This document shows positions 50,620 through 61,820 of a DNA stretch of 64,000 bases, one piece after another; positions within the stretch are counted from its first letter, which is position 1; each line of letters starts with the position of its first letter. The DNA comes from an uncultured Acidobacteriota bacterium (GTDB lineage: Bacteria; Acidobacteriota; UBA6911): assembly GCA_963827655.1 (NCBI GenBank), contig CAWHCF010000029.1:96001-160000 (forward strand), read 5' to 3'. The notes beneath the pieces were generated by a model. The model ran no database searches, was not told the DNA's origin, and saw only the letters and a program-made list of their open reading frames with translations. The position numbers were made by a program, and so were the translations under genes.

Positions 50620-51528
50620 ATGGGAATTCTAGTCGTTGGATCCGTGGCACTTGATTCAGTCAAGACACCGTTCGGACACAGGGAAGAGGTCCTGGGCGGT
50701 TCTGCGACCTATTTCAGTATCGCGGCCAGCTACTTTACTCAGGTCGCGATTGTGGCTGTCGTGGGTGAGGACTTTCCGGACTCGCATGTCGCGTTCCTGG
50801 AACAAAAGGGGATCGATACCTCCGGACTTCAACGGCAAACGGGCAAGACATTTCGCTGGAAGGGCGAATATGGATTCGACCTTAACACGGCCAAGACTCT
50901 TGATACCCAGCTCAATGTCTTCGCGGAATTTTCGCCGCGGATGCGTCCCGAGCATCGCGGCATCGAGTTCCTGTTTCTTGGCAATATCGATCCCGATCTC
51001 CAGCGCTCCGTGCTCGAGCAGATGAATCGGCCCAAGCTGGTAGCCTGCGATACCATGAACTACTGGATCGATAACAGGTTTGAGCCTCTGAGGAAGACCT
51101 TGTCCCTGGTTGACATCCTCATCATCAACGACGCAGAGACTCGACAACTGGCGCGTGAACCGAATCTCATCAAAGCGGCGCGCAGCATTCTCTCCTGGGG
51201 ACCCAAGACGCTGGTGGTCAAACGAGGAGAGTACGGCGCACTGATGATTGACTCCAAGTCGGTATTTGGCGCTCCGGCGTTTCCGCTCGAAGAGGTCAAC
51301 GATCCCACCGGCGCCGGTGATTCCTTCGCGGGAGGGTTTATGGGCTATCTGGCCGCGTGCGGCAGCCCGGATGACAGTGCTCTTCGCCGTGCTATCGTTT
51401 TCGGATCGGTTATGGCATCTTTTAACGTGAGCGAATTCGGACCCGGGCGCCTCGGAACGCTGACCTATCCCGAAATTGAGGCTCGGTTTCGCGAATTCAG
51501 AAAGCTCACCCATTTCGAGGATTTGTAG
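50620..51528 (+). CDS. PfkB-family (probable nucleoside/sugar) kinase
   Basis: VVGSVALD, LGGSATY, KRGEYGA, DPTGAGDSFAGG; follows mtnP. Confidence 0.92.
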   Translation: MGILVVGSVALDSVKTPFGHREEVLGGSATYFSIAASYFTQVAIVAVVGEDFPDSHVAFLEQKGIDTSGLQRQTGKTFRWKGEYGFDLNTAKTLDTQLNVFAEFSPRMRPEHRGIEFLFLGNIDPDLQRSVLEQMNRPKLVACDTMNYWIDNRFEPLRKTLSLVDILIINDAETRQLAREPNLIKAARSILSWGPKTLVVKRGEYGALMIDSKSVFGAPAFPLEEVNDPTGAGDSFAGGFMGYLAACGSPDDSALRRAIVFGSVMASFNVSEFGPGRLGTLTYPEIEARFREFRKLTHFEDL

Positions 51529-51551
51529 GTCCCACGGAGGACGCAAGTAAC

Positions 51552-53024
51552 GTGATGTCGCGTAGCCGAGCCTTCATTCTGAGATCCTTCCTTCTCCTGG
51601 CAGTGCCGGTTCTGTCGCCGATGCTGCCGGCTCAGGCCAAAAAAACCAGTGCTTCGCAGGATGCCGAGCGATATCGCGAGGCAATGGCCTGGTTCAAGAA
51701 AGGGGAGGCCCTGATCCAAACCGATAAAGAAAACAGCGAAGAGCAGGCCGATTACTTTCGTAAGGCTTTGCAAATCCGACCGCAATTTACCGAAGCGCAT
51801 TACAATCTCGGTCTGATCTACGCTCATCAGAAAAAAATGAAGGAGGCGGCCGAGGAGTTCGAGGCGGTCAGAAAACTGGAACCCAAGTTTGACGGGATCC
51901 ACTTCCTGGTTGCTTCGGCCCACAAGGATGCGGGAAATGCGAACGCGGCCATGTCCGCCCTGGAAGAGGGTCTGCGGGGAAATCCCAAGGATCTTAAAAT
52001 GCTGCGCGCTCTCGCCTACCTTCAGATGAACAGCTCGACCGATTCGGGCGCAGTTTCGACCCTGCAGAGAATCGTCGAGGCCGATTCCTCAGATCTGGAA
52101 GCACGCATGGACCTCGCGCTCCTCTACCAGAAGAACGATCGATTGGACGAGGCCGCGAGTCAATATCAGGCTGCAGCGAGCCTCGACCCCAAAAACTTTG
52201 CCGCTCAGTACAACCTGGCCCTGATCTTCTGGAAGCAGAAAAAAACCAGCGAGGCAGTCGCCGCTCTTGAGGCTTGCAATCTGATTTCTCCCGGCAACGC
52301 CGAGGTCCTGGAGCGGCTGGGGGACATCTATGCCTCTCAAAACCAGGACGACAAAGCGGCACAGGCGTACCGGACGGCGCTGGAGAAAGTTTCCGACCGT
52401 GAATCGTTGCATTCCAAACTGGGATTCACTTTGGCCAGGCTCGGTCGCGCCGGTGAGGCCGTCACGGCGCTCGAGCGGGCCATTCAGCTCGACTCTAAAA
52501 ATCCTCACACTTTTTACCTTCTCGGTGACCTGTACTCCGAGTTGAAGAGGTTCGAGGACAGCGCCTCCGCCTACAAGCGCTCGCTGGAACTTGCCCCGGA
52601 CCAGAAGGAAGTTCACTACAACCTCGGCACGCTTTACGCCCAACAGCAACAATTTGAGCTCGCCGCCGCAGAGTTGAGCGCTGCAGTCAAACTGGATCCG
52701 GCATACGCGGCCGCCTGGTCAAACCTCGCGGTGGTTAGAGAGAAACTGTCACAGGAAGATGAAGCCGTTCTGGCATATGAGAAGACGATCGCCCTCGGTC
52801 AGGCGCGCGCGCCGAGTTACTTTCGCCTCGGCGTTCTATATGCCAAGAGAAACCAGCCGGAGGAGGCCATATCCAATCTCGCTAAAGCGATCGAAATGGA
52901 ACCGGAGAAGTATCGCCAGATTCTGCGTGAAGAATTAAAGAACGTTCATTCTGTCCTCGACAGCATTCGTTACAAGGATGGTTTCGCCAAACTTCTCTCG
53001 CCTCCTTCGAGCCAGACTCCCTGA
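51552..53024 (+). CDS. Exported tetratricopeptide-repeat protein
   Basis: Signal peptide; many 34-aa repeats (AHYNLG, AQYNLA, VHYNLG). Confidence 0.92.
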   Translation: MMSRSRAFILRSFLLLAVPVLSPMLPAQAKKTSASQDAERYREAMAWFKKGEALIQTDKENSEEQADYFRKALQIRPQFTEAHYNLGLIYAHQKKMKEAAEEFEAVRKLEPKFDGIHFLVASAHKDAGNANAAMSALEEGLRGNPKDLKMLRALAYLQMNSSTDSGAVSTLQRIVEADSSDLEARMDLALLYQKNDRLDEAASQYQAAASLDPKNFAAQYNLALIFWKQKKTSEAVAALEACNLISPGNAEVLERLGDIYASQNQDDKAAQAYRTALEKVSDRESLHSKLGFTLARLGRAGEAVTALERAIQLDSKNPHTFYLLGDLYSELKRFEDSASAYKRSLELAPDQKEVHYNLGTLYAQQQQFELAAAELSAAVKLDPAYAAAWSNLAVVREKLSQEDEAVLAYEKTIALGQARAPSYFRLGVLYAKRNQPEEAISNLAKAIEMEPEKYRQILREELKNVHSVLDSIRYKDGFAKLLSPPSSQTP

Positions 53025-53151
53025 CAACTGGTAAAGCCGTCAACCATGAAGACAAAAAGATGCAAAGACTCGCCCAGTGCTTCGCGTTTACCCGGCGCAC
53101 AAGCTTTAGCTAACGTAATCGGCGGGCGTGAGTTGCATTGGGGTAATAGTC

Positions 53152-53181
53152 TTGTTTCCGGAGCAGGCTCTGGCGTATAAT
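53152..53181 (+). promoter_or_regulatory. Sigma70 promoter
   Basis: TTGTTT-18bp-TATAAT. Confidence 0.6.
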
Positions 53182-53183
53182 CA

Positions 53184-53248
53184 CCGGCTTAAATACTCGC
53201 GAATTGAGCTGGATACCCGCGAAGTGATGCATGTTCGCGGGTTTTTTA
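53184..53248 (+). ncRNA. Candidate small RNA / attenuator leader
   Basis: Hairpin 53184-53212 followed by an intrinsic terminator, directly after a consensus -10 box. Confidence 0.4.
53215..53247 (+). terminator. Intrinsic terminator
   Basis: ACCCGCGAA-10nt-TTCGCGGGT followed by a T run. Confidence 0.75.
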
Positions 53249-53500
53249 TATTCAGGCCTGAGTTCGCCGGAGTCGAAGATTCCTGGAGTTTCTTCGTGTC
53301 TTTGTGTCCAGGATGATATTTGTCTTCCGGCCAGACAAACAGAGACGAAGACCCTGCACGGATTACACGTTCAGGATTGGTCTGTGACGTTCGTGAATCG
53401 GACGGTTATTTGTTAGCGACAGAGGGTCGCGTTGTGAACGTTTCACGAAGAGCCGGGGAAACACGAGGAACAGCGTGGGGTGCGGCTTCAGGCCGCGTGA

Positions 53501-54464
<964 letters not shown>

Positions 54465-54521
54465 GAGGCCCCTCGCGCCTCCGTGGTTCGGCGTCGACAA
54501 GAACGAACTGCCAAGACACAA

Positions 54522-55526
54522 TCATTCTGCCTTTCGACTTCGTGCTTCCGCAATAAACCTGCTCAGCTCGTCACCCGAGAGGCTGTAGAGATCCGGAAAC
54601 CCTTCAGGGAGGTTCTTCCAGCGTTTGTGACCCCACAACCAGGTCTCGGGTTGCTCGCGAACAATTCGTTCGATCACCTGGTTGAAGAGACGGGTGTTCG
54701 ACTCCAGGTCACGACTCATATCGCCGGAACGAGACAACTCGAGTGGTGGCAGAAATTTTATGGTATAGCGTCCGTCTCGAAAGGGAGTGAGATACCCGGG
54801 GAGGACCGGAGCATCGGTCCGGAGAGCAAAGAGGGCTAAACTTGTAGTTGTGGCTGCAGGAATTCCAAAAAGGTCGCAGAAGATACCGTCCTGTGGCATC
54901 GTGTTCTGATCGATCAGTATTCCGACACTCTCGCCTTTCTTGAGTTTCTCGAGAATGGGACGGGCGGAATTCCGTTTGGAAATGACTGTATTTCCCGAGG
55001 CCTGCCGCACCGCAGAAACAAATCGCTCCAGATGGCCGTTGTCCAGCGGGCGGGTGATGAAATTGAGAGGATATCCGTACAGCGCATGCGCCGTGGGAAG
55101 CAGCTCCCAGGCGCTGAAATGTCCGGTCAGATAGAGAATTCCCTTGTTCCTGGCCTGTGCTGTCCGGAGATTGTTCAACCCGAATTGCGAATCGTACTGC
55201 ACAAGCCCGGAGATATTCTCGCGCGAAAGCAGCAGCAAACGACTCACTTCGAGCAGGTTTCTTGCGGTATTCTGAAAACTGCGCCGCGCGATTCGACGCT
55301 GCTCCCGAACCGAGAGTTCGGGAAATACGATGTTCAAGTTGACCGAGGCGACATGGCGGTGCTTCCAATCAAAGTAAAAAACAAGCAAAGCAAGCAGGTC
55401 GACGATAGCGGTCGCCCATTTCCTGGGCAGAATCCGAAACAGTCCCAGAAAGGCACGGCACAAGAGATACACAAGATAGGATTGCAATTTGTTGGTTACC
55501 TGACGGAATGCTATACTTTCAGCCAA
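54522..55526 (-). CDS. Lipid A biosynthesis acyltransferase (LpxL/HtrB family)
   Basis: TGHFSAWE, RPLDN, ILIDQN, PETWLWGHKRWK; start uncertain. Confidence 0.9.
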   Translation of the reverse strand: MAESIAFRQVTNKLQSYLVYLLCRAFLGLFRILPRKWATAIVDLLALLVFYFDWKHRHVASVNLNIVFPELSVREQRRIARRSFQNTARNLLEVSRLLLLSRENISGLVQYDSQFGLNNLRTAQARNKGILYLTGHFSAWELLPTAHALYGYPLNFITRPLDNGHLERFVSAVRQASGNTVISKRNSARPILEKLKKGESVGILIDQNTMPQDGIFCDLFGIPAATTTSLALFALRTDAPVLPGYLTPFRDGRYTIKFLPPLELSRSGDMSRDLESNTRLFNQVIERIVREQPETWLWGHKRWKNLPEGFPDLYSLSGDELSRFIAEARSRKAE

Positions 55527-55573
55527 GAAAAGGACGACCTGCCCGGTAACTCAGGTTGCTTCCGGGTATGCCT

Positions 55574-56230
55574 ATGACCGAAAGGACACGCTTCTTCCAT
55601 TCGAGCTGGATTGCCGCATGCGCGATACTGCTGTCGGCGCTGTTCGCGCTGGCAGGTTATAAAACACGGCCCTGGAGTATCCGTCCGGCGGAAAGCTACG
55701 CTGCCAGGCTGACGAGTGAAGGAGTGACAATCGCCGTTGAACCGATGTTTCAGGACGCGCTTGCCGCGCAGTTCTTCGATAAGAACGACATAGTAACTCG
55801 CGGCATTATGCCCGTCGCAGTTGCCATTTACAATCAGAATGACTTTCCCGTCATGGTGCAGGGAACCTCGGTAGAGTTGATCTGCGGGGAAGATCGCGTT
55901 CGAACCCTGTTCCCCAACGAGGTTGTCCCCCGGCTCTTCGCCAAGGGAAAGAACGTCTGGCTCCCGCAGCCCATCCCTCGTACTTCGAACGACCAATCCA
56001 ATCGCGAGGCGATCGAGGACTTCGATCACAAGTTTCTCAACCGGAAAGTTGTTCCAGCCCGCGAAAAAGGAGGTGGCTTCCTTTACCTGCGGATCTCGGA
56101 AATCAAGGATATTCGGGGATACCTGGAAAAAGCCCGCCTGTATATCCCCGAGGTCTATCGATACGATACGGGCAAGAGCATGATCTTTTTTGAGATCGAC
56201 CTTCACGCCGCCGTAGCCGCAAAAAACTAA
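55574..56230 (+). CDS. Exported hypothetical protein
   Basis: Signal peptide and beta-rich body; TG-C-TATACT -10 box upstream. Confidence 0.7.
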   Translation: MTERTRFFHSSWIAACAILLSALFALAGYKTRPWSIRPAESYAARLTSEGVTIAVEPMFQDALAAQFFDKNDIVTRGIMPVAVAIYNQNDFPVMVQGTSVELICGEDRVRTLFPNEVVPRLFAKGKNVWLPQPIPRTSNDQSNREAIEDFDHKFLNRKVVPAREKGGGFLYLRISEIKDIRGYLEKARLYIPEVYRYDTGKSMIFFEIDLHAAVAAKN

Positions 56231-56627
56231 GATGTCTCGCGTTCAGGCCTCGAAGAAGTTTGTATTTCCTCTCGAATCTTCCATGGTCTTCCGGCCGTCT
56301 CAGAATTTCCCGGCCGCTGACAGGACGATTCGGCACGTGGCAACTGGCGTAAACGTTTCCTGGCTGGTAGCGATAGGGGGAGCAGGCACCATCGCCCCCG
56401 GCGAGTGACGAGTGACGAGGCGACAAGATCCAGGTCGTCTTCTGGTTACTCGTGAAGAGTCGAATATCAGGGGGACGAGATCCCCCTTTCGGATTTAGTG
56501 ATGCAGCCCAGATTACCACTCGCGCGAATCAACGCTGGGCAAGGATGTCTCGCCAGGAATGGACTCGACCTGAACGTCCTCCGGCAAGCATCGTTGGAGT
56601 CTCGATAGGAGAGCGACGGTTAGATTC

Positions 56628-57197
56628 ATGAAGCCCAAATGGAAAAGAGTCTTCATTTTTTCTTCCCTCGGCAGTCTTGCGGTGGGAACTACACTCTCCC
56701 TGGTTCGTAGATCCAGAAAGCCGAAGCTTCCACCACTGGCCTACAAGAAGATACCGGCGGAGTGCCAGAGGATTTCCCTCTGGACCGAACGGTTCCGAAC
56801 CGAAAAAGACGGCGTGGAGCGTCCTGCTTACGACAAATACCTTCTGCAGGCCACTCGATTCAAGCTATGGAATATCCTCGACCTGGCGCGTGATGAGCTG
56901 AACGAAGAAGGAGTCCCTATCTACCACGTTACTGTGACCCGCTATATCGAGTTCGGCGAAGTAAAAGAGGAGCGGGAAGAGGCTGAACCGGCGCAAAAAT
57001 TCTACGGCACCATTGCGGTGATCAATTCATCCGGGAAATCGCCCGGCCCGAATTACCTTGCTCGCGGCGGCATTCTCGAGATCCGGAAGTGCAGCGTGGG
57101 CGGGGCCACCAACGGCGTCGAAACCGGGGAGACTCATCGCTCTGAAGGGCGGGTGCTCAACTACCGATTGGAGTACACTCCGAAACACCGGTCGTAG
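56628..57197 (+). CDS. Hypothetical protein with N-terminal membrane anchor
   Basis: 189 aa; hydrophobic N-terminus followed by a basic patch; AGGAG upstream. Confidence 0.6.
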   Translation: MKPKWKRVFIFSSLGSLAVGTTLSLVRRSRKPKLPPLAYKKIPAECQRISLWTERFRTEKDGVERPAYDKYLLQATRFKLWNILDLARDELNEEGVPIYHVTVTRYIEFGEVKEEREEAEPAQKFYGTIAVINSSGKSPGPNYLARGGILEIRKCSVGGATNGVETGETHRSEGRVLNYRLEYTPKHRS

Positions 57198-57225
57198 CGT
57201 AGCTGCGTTCCTCGTGGATGATTGC

Positions 57226-58218
57226 TCACGAAATGGCGGCTCCTTTTACCAGCTGCCCGAAGTGAAACTCGAGTCTGTCTTCCCCGGCTTCGATGTGGAC
57301 TACTTGATTCGGTTCCAGGTCGCTCTCTGCAATCAAAGAGGCCAGGGGAAATTCCAGGTATTCTCGAACGGCCCGGCGCAGAGGCCGCGCACCGTAGCGA
57401 AGATTGGTTCCTTTCTCGATCAGGAATCTCTTGGAGGCATCGGAAATCGCGGTTCCGACTCCAGCCATGGCGAGCCGCGCGCGGCTATCAAGAAGAAATT
57501 TTTCCAGGATCGCCAGGAGATGATCGTCTTTCAGGCGATTGAAGGTGATGATCTCGTCAATCCGGTTGATGAATTCCGGGCTGAAAAAATCTTCCACCGC
57601 TCCAATACAGACAGCCTGGATCTTGGAGTCCGCGGAATCCTGGTCCAGCTCCTCAAATCTTTGAGCCGGCGGCCCGAAGCCGATCACCGCGTTCTTGGTG
57701 ATATTGTCCACTTCCTTGGCGCAGACGTTGCTCGTCATCATGATGAAGCAGTTTCTGAAATTGAGATCAACGCCACGCCCGGTTTTTAGTTCTCCCCGCT
57801 CAAGGACCTGCAGCAAGAGGTCGTAGAGCGCTCGATCGGCCTTCTCCAGCTCCTCGAACAGGACGATGGTATTCTTCTTCTCGATCTTCTCCGGTGTTAG
57901 AAAAGGCGGCTGTTCGTGACCCACGTATCCGGGCGGCGCTCCTACCAGTTTGGCGACGTCGTGAGGATTCTTGAACTCCGTGCAGTTCACCGAGACAACC
58001 TCGCTTTCCTCTCCATGGAGGATCTTTGCCAGCGACCTTCCGATCTGGCTCTTACCTGTTCCGGTCGGGCCAAGAAACAAGAAGGTTCCCAGAGGGCGGT
58101 TCGGGTCGCAAATCCCCAGGTTGGCAACCACGACAGCTCGAACGACAGCTTCGATCGCGCGGTCCTGTCCGATGATCTCCTTCTTTAACTGGTCGGTCAA
58201 TTCCTGAGCCTTGAGCAC
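57226..58218 (-). CDS. Stand-alone ClpA/B D2-type AAA+ ATPase
   Basis: IIGQDRAI, GPTGTGKS, GAPPGYVG, FEELEKA, FSPEFINRID, GARPLRR; AAGGAG RBS before the GTG. Confidence 0.9.
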   Translation of the reverse strand: MLKAQELTDQLKKEIIGQDRAIEAVVRAVVVANLGICDPNRPLGTFLFLGPTGTGKSQIGRSLAKILHGEESEVVSVNCTEFKNPHDVAKLVGAPPGYVGHEQPPFLTPEKIEKKNTIVLFEELEKADRALYDLLLQVLERGELKTGRGVDLNFRNCFIMMTSNVCAKEVDNITKNAVIGFGPPAQRFEELDQDSADSKIQAVCIGAVEDFFSPEFINRIDEIITFNRLKDDHLLAILEKFLLDSRARLAMAGVGTAISDASKRFLIEKGTNLRYGARPLRRAVREYLEFPLASLIAESDLEPNQVVHIEAGEDRLEFHFGQLVKGAAIS

Positions 58219-58500
58219 AGGGTTCTCCTTTCTAGTCCTTCCACGTCCGCCTTAGTGAATCCGCAGCGGAACGATAGCCTTCCAGTCGCCCGTCGGGTGC
58301 CTTGGGCACGGACATCCAGAGAGTTGTCATGACGGATATAGAGTGCGGATCCATAGGAAAAGTTTCGGAAGGCACCGGCACTCTCGCGGGTTGCCCCTTC
58401 AGTCCATACCATAGTCCACATGTTATGCCCGCCGAAAGCTTTCTCTCAAGGTCAGACTGTAATTTTACGGATCGACGCGCTACAATTCCACCTTCTGGAG

Positions 58501-59760
58501 ATGGACGAAAAGACGCTGACTACCCTGCCTGGCACCCGTGACATTCTGCCTGATGAGATACTCCGCTGGCATCTGATCGAAGATCAAGCCCGTCGCATTT
58601 TTGCTCTCTATGGCTTTGAAGAGATTCGAACTCCCCTGTTTGAAGCCACCGAACTGTTCGCCCGTGGAATCGGCGGCGAAACAGACATTGTTCAGAAAGA
58701 GATGTACACCTTTGAGGACCAGAGTGGAAGATCGATAACGCTCAGGCCCGAAGCGACCGCATCGGTGGTGCGGGCCTACAACGAGCACCACATGGGCCGG
58801 GGGAGCGGGTTAACCAAACTGTACTACCTCGGTCCGATGTTCCGGTACGAAAAGAAGCAGAAAGGTCGCTGGCGGCAATTCTATCAAATCGGCTCGGAAG
58901 TGCTCGGCTCCGATCATCCCGCTATCGAAGCGGAGGTGATCGAGATGATCCTGGCTCTGCTGGAACCGCTGGGAATTGAATCTCGCCTCCAGATCAATTC
59001 CGTGGGCTGCGGCGCCTGCCGGCCGCGATACGTCGAGGTGCTCCGCGAAGCTCTGGTCAAGGACCTGGCGCCCTTCTGTGAAGATTGCCGGCGCCGCGCC
59101 GAAACCAATACCCTCCGTGTGCTGGATTGCAAGGTTGAAAGCTGTCAACCTTATATTGATCGGCTGCCAAAGATAACCGACTACCTGTGCGAGCAATGCT
59201 CGGAGCATTTTGCGAGATTCAAAGGATATCTTGATGAAGCGCGGATCGCGTACGAAGTCGCGCCGCGGCTGGTCCGCGGGCTCGATTACTATGTACGAAC
59301 AGCCTTTGAGATTATCAGCGGCGATCTGGGCGCCCAAAATGCCATCGTGGGCGGCGGAAGGTACGATGGTCTGTCGGAAATCTTGGGAGGACCGCCGGTC
59401 CATGGGTTTGGCTTCGCTCTGGGGTTGGACCGCTTGGTCATGATCATGCCTGACGGCATGATTCGGAATTCGGCTTCAAAACCGGATCTGTTTCTTGCCC
59501 CACTGGGGGAAGCTGCCCTCAGAAGAGCCTCGGCGCTGGCGCGTGCCCTGCGTCAGGAGGGCGTGCGCTGCCAGCTTGAGTTTGACGGGGGTAGTCTCCG
59601 CAGCCAGATGCGTCTAGCCAACAAGCTGGGTGCGCGTCACGTTTTGATCGTTGGAGACACAGAGCTGACCAGCGACAGATACACGATCAAGAGCATGGAA
59701 GATTCCCGGCAGTGGGATGCATCCCTACCCGAGTTAGTCCAGTATTTTAAGAGCCTATGA
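58501..59760 (+). CDS. hisS: Histidyl-tRNA synthetase
   Basis: LRPEATAS, FRYEK, LVRGLDYY, GGGRYDGL, GLDRL. Confidence 0.98.
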   Translation: MDEKTLTTLPGTRDILPDEILRWHLIEDQARRIFALYGFEEIRTPLFEATELFARGIGGETDIVQKEMYTFEDQSGRSITLRPEATASVVRAYNEHHMGRGSGLTKLYYLGPMFRYEKKQKGRWRQFYQIGSEVLGSDHPAIEAEVIEMILALLEPLGIESRLQINSVGCGACRPRYVEVLREALVKDLAPFCEDCRRRAETNTLRVLDCKVESCQPYIDRLPKITDYLCEQCSEHFARFKGYLDEARIAYEVAPRLVRGLDYYVRTAFEIISGDLGAQNAIVGGGRYDGLSEILGGPPVHGFGFALGLDRLVMIMPDGMIRNSASKPDLFLAPLGEAALRRASALARALRQEGVRCQLEFDGGSLRSQMRLANKLGARHVLIVGDTELTSDRYTIKSMEDSRQWDASLPELVQYFKSL

Positions 59761-59807
59761 GTCACGGCCCGTGGTGGGTTGGCTTTTGTTCTCGCAGCGC
59801 TCGCCGC

Positions 59808-59837
59808 CAGGACGCGAAGACACTTCCGCGCGAGCCC
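59808..59837 (+). mobile_element. Degenerate MITE right-end remnant
   Basis: CAGGACGCGAAGACACTTCCGCGCGAGCCC matches the right TIR at 23/30 and is followed by TTA. Confidence 0.5.
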
Positions 59838-59859
59838 TTAGATTGCGGGCAATCAGCCT

Positions 59860-61713
59860 ATGAATAAGATCCGGGTCCTTCCGGAGATTCTCGCGAACAA
59901 GATTGCGGCCGGTGAAATCGTGGAGCGCCCGGCCTCCGTCGTCAAGGAGCTGGTCGAGAACTCCATCGACGCCGGGGCACACTCGATCTCCGTGTCCCTG
60001 CAGAGTGGAGGCAAGCGATTGATTCTTGTTAGAGACGATGGCGAGGGGATGGTGCAGGATGACGCCATTCTCGCATTTGAACACCACGCGACGAGCAAGA
60101 TCCAGACCGTTGACGATCTGACAACAATCACTACCCTGGGATTTCGCGGCGAAGCCCTCCCCTCAATCGCGTCTATCTCGCGTCTTAGTTTGAAGACCCG
60201 GCACCTTTCGGATACCGCGGCGGCCGGCACGGCGGTTGAGGTCCAGGGTGGTACCATGAAATCCGTGAAGGCGGTTTCGTGGGACAAAGGAACCGAAGTG
60301 ACGGCGCGGGATCTGTTTTTCAACGTGCCCGCGCGGAGGAAGTTTCTTCGGTCCCACGAGACCGAGCTCGGGCACATCACGAGGCTGGTGACACACTATG
60401 CTCTGGCACACCCCGCGATCCGCTTCAGCCTCGAAAGCGAAGGAAGAGTGCTCTTCGACGTGACTCCTGTGGCGACGGTGCGGGACCGGATTTACCAGCT
60501 TTTCGGCGAGGATTACCTGGAAAATCTGGTCGAGCTCTCGGGCCGGTCCGGGTCGGTCGAAGTGCGGGGCTTCAGCTCGCGACCGCATGAGCAGAGAACG
60601 AACCCCTATTCACAATTCTTCTACGTGAATCGTCGCATGGTTCGGGATAAGGTCATCACCAGCGCCGTGCGCCAGGCGTATCGGAATGCAATGCCGGCTT
60701 CAGCCTACCCGGTGGTTATTGTTTTCGTGGAGCTCCCGTGTGAGGAGGTTGACGTCAATGCGCATCCGGCCAAGATTGAGATTCGCTTCAGGCAACAAGG
60801 CCTGGTACACGACCTGATCCGCGATTCTATTCAGCGCGCCCTGGTGGAAAGCAAGTCGATCCCGATTTACGAGCATCGGGGTGACGTCTGGCATGGTTCC
60901 GAGAATGTTTCAAATTCCTACGGACCAGGCTTTCCGGCTGCAACGGGCGCCCATGACAGTGTATTTGACTTTACCCCGTCCAGCGCCGCCGCCGATCCAT
61001 TTCAACGCGCCTTGAATTACCCGTTTCGGGAGATTTCATCGCCTGTGGCTGCCGCGTCCGACCACGGCGCCCTCAGAGTTCGCGGCGATATGCTGCTGGG
61101 AGCTCCCAACGATGCCGTGCGAAGCCCGTTTCACATCTCGGGAGTTCGCATTCTGGGTCAGATCCACGACAGCTACATCATTGCGAGTGATAACTACGGG
61201 CTGCTGATCATCGATCAGCACGTCGCGCACGAGCGGGTTCTGTACGAGAAGCTGGCCCGGGCCATGCGTGAAAAGAGAGTTGAAACGCAGGGGCTGTTAG
61301 TGCCGCAGTCGCTCGAATTGGCTCCCCACCAATTGGTGGCGCTGAACCGGCTGATGCCGGAGCTGAACAAGAACGGCTTTGACGTGGAGCGGTTTGGCGG
61401 GAACTCGGTTCTGATTCGATCGGTCCCGGCCGTGGCCAAGGATCAGGATTGCCGGAAACTCCTGAGCGAAATTCTGGAGGGATTGGACGCGGAAGAGAGA
61501 ACGCTCGATGTGGAAAGGATCCAGGACCGGATGGCTGTGAGCATGGCCTGCCGATCCGCCATCAAGGTTCACATGCCGTTGACGCTTGAGAAAATGGAAT
61601 GGCTCCTGGACGAGTTGAACAAAACCAGAATCCCGACGAACTGTCCGCACGGCCGGCCCATCATTCTTCGTTTCAGCATGTACGAAATCGAAAGAAATTT
61701 CGGCAGAATCTGA
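59860..61713 (+). CDS. mutL: DNA mismatch repair protein MutL
   Basis: KIAAGEIVERPASVVKELVENSIDA, GFRGEAL, DQHVAHER, ACR, CPHGRP. Confidence 0.98.
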   Translation: MNKIRVLPEILANKIAAGEIVERPASVVKELVENSIDAGAHSISVSLQSGGKRLILVRDDGEGMVQDDAILAFEHHATSKIQTVDDLTTITTLGFRGEALPSIASISRLSLKTRHLSDTAAAGTAVEVQGGTMKSVKAVSWDKGTEVTARDLFFNVPARRKFLRSHETELGHITRLVTHYALAHPAIRFSLESEGRVLFDVTPVATVRDRIYQLFGEDYLENLVELSGRSGSVEVRGFSSRPHEQRTNPYSQFFYVNRRMVRDKVITSAVRQAYRNAMPASAYPVVIVFVELPCEEVDVNAHPAKIEIRFRQQGLVHDLIRDSIQRALVESKSIPIYEHRGDVWHGSENVSNSYGPGFPAATGAHDSVFDFTPSSAAADPFQRALNYPFREISSPVAAASDHGALRVRGDMLLGAPNDAVRSPFHISGVRILGQIHDSYIIASDNYGLLIIDQHVAHERVLYEKLARAMREKRVETQGLLVPQSLELAPHQLVALNRLMPELNKNGFDVERFGGNSVLIRSVPAVAKDQDCRKLLSEILEGLDAEERTLDVERIQDRMAVSMACRSAIKVHMPLTLEKMEWLLDELNKTRIPTNCPHGRPIILRFSMYEIERNFGRI

Positions 61714-61791
61714 AGACGCGCCGTTGAAAGGCGGCTCTTGAAGTACGGTTAACGTTAGGGTCCGGGCTGCCGAAGCAACCTTTGTCAAACT

Positions 61792-61820
61792 AAGGCGGTA
61801 GCAAGCTACCGAACTGCAGG
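61792..61820. repeat. REP-like palindrome
   Basis: GCGGTAGCAAGCTACCGAACT, same family as 45710-45738. Confidence 0.55.

Noticed and set aside
61697-61776. TTCGGCAG/CTGCCGAA pairing with a GAAA loop, resembling a c-di-GMP riboswitch
   Set aside because: Motif order is wrong, it overlaps the mutL 3' end, and there is no downstream gene on that strand; more likely a 3' hairpin
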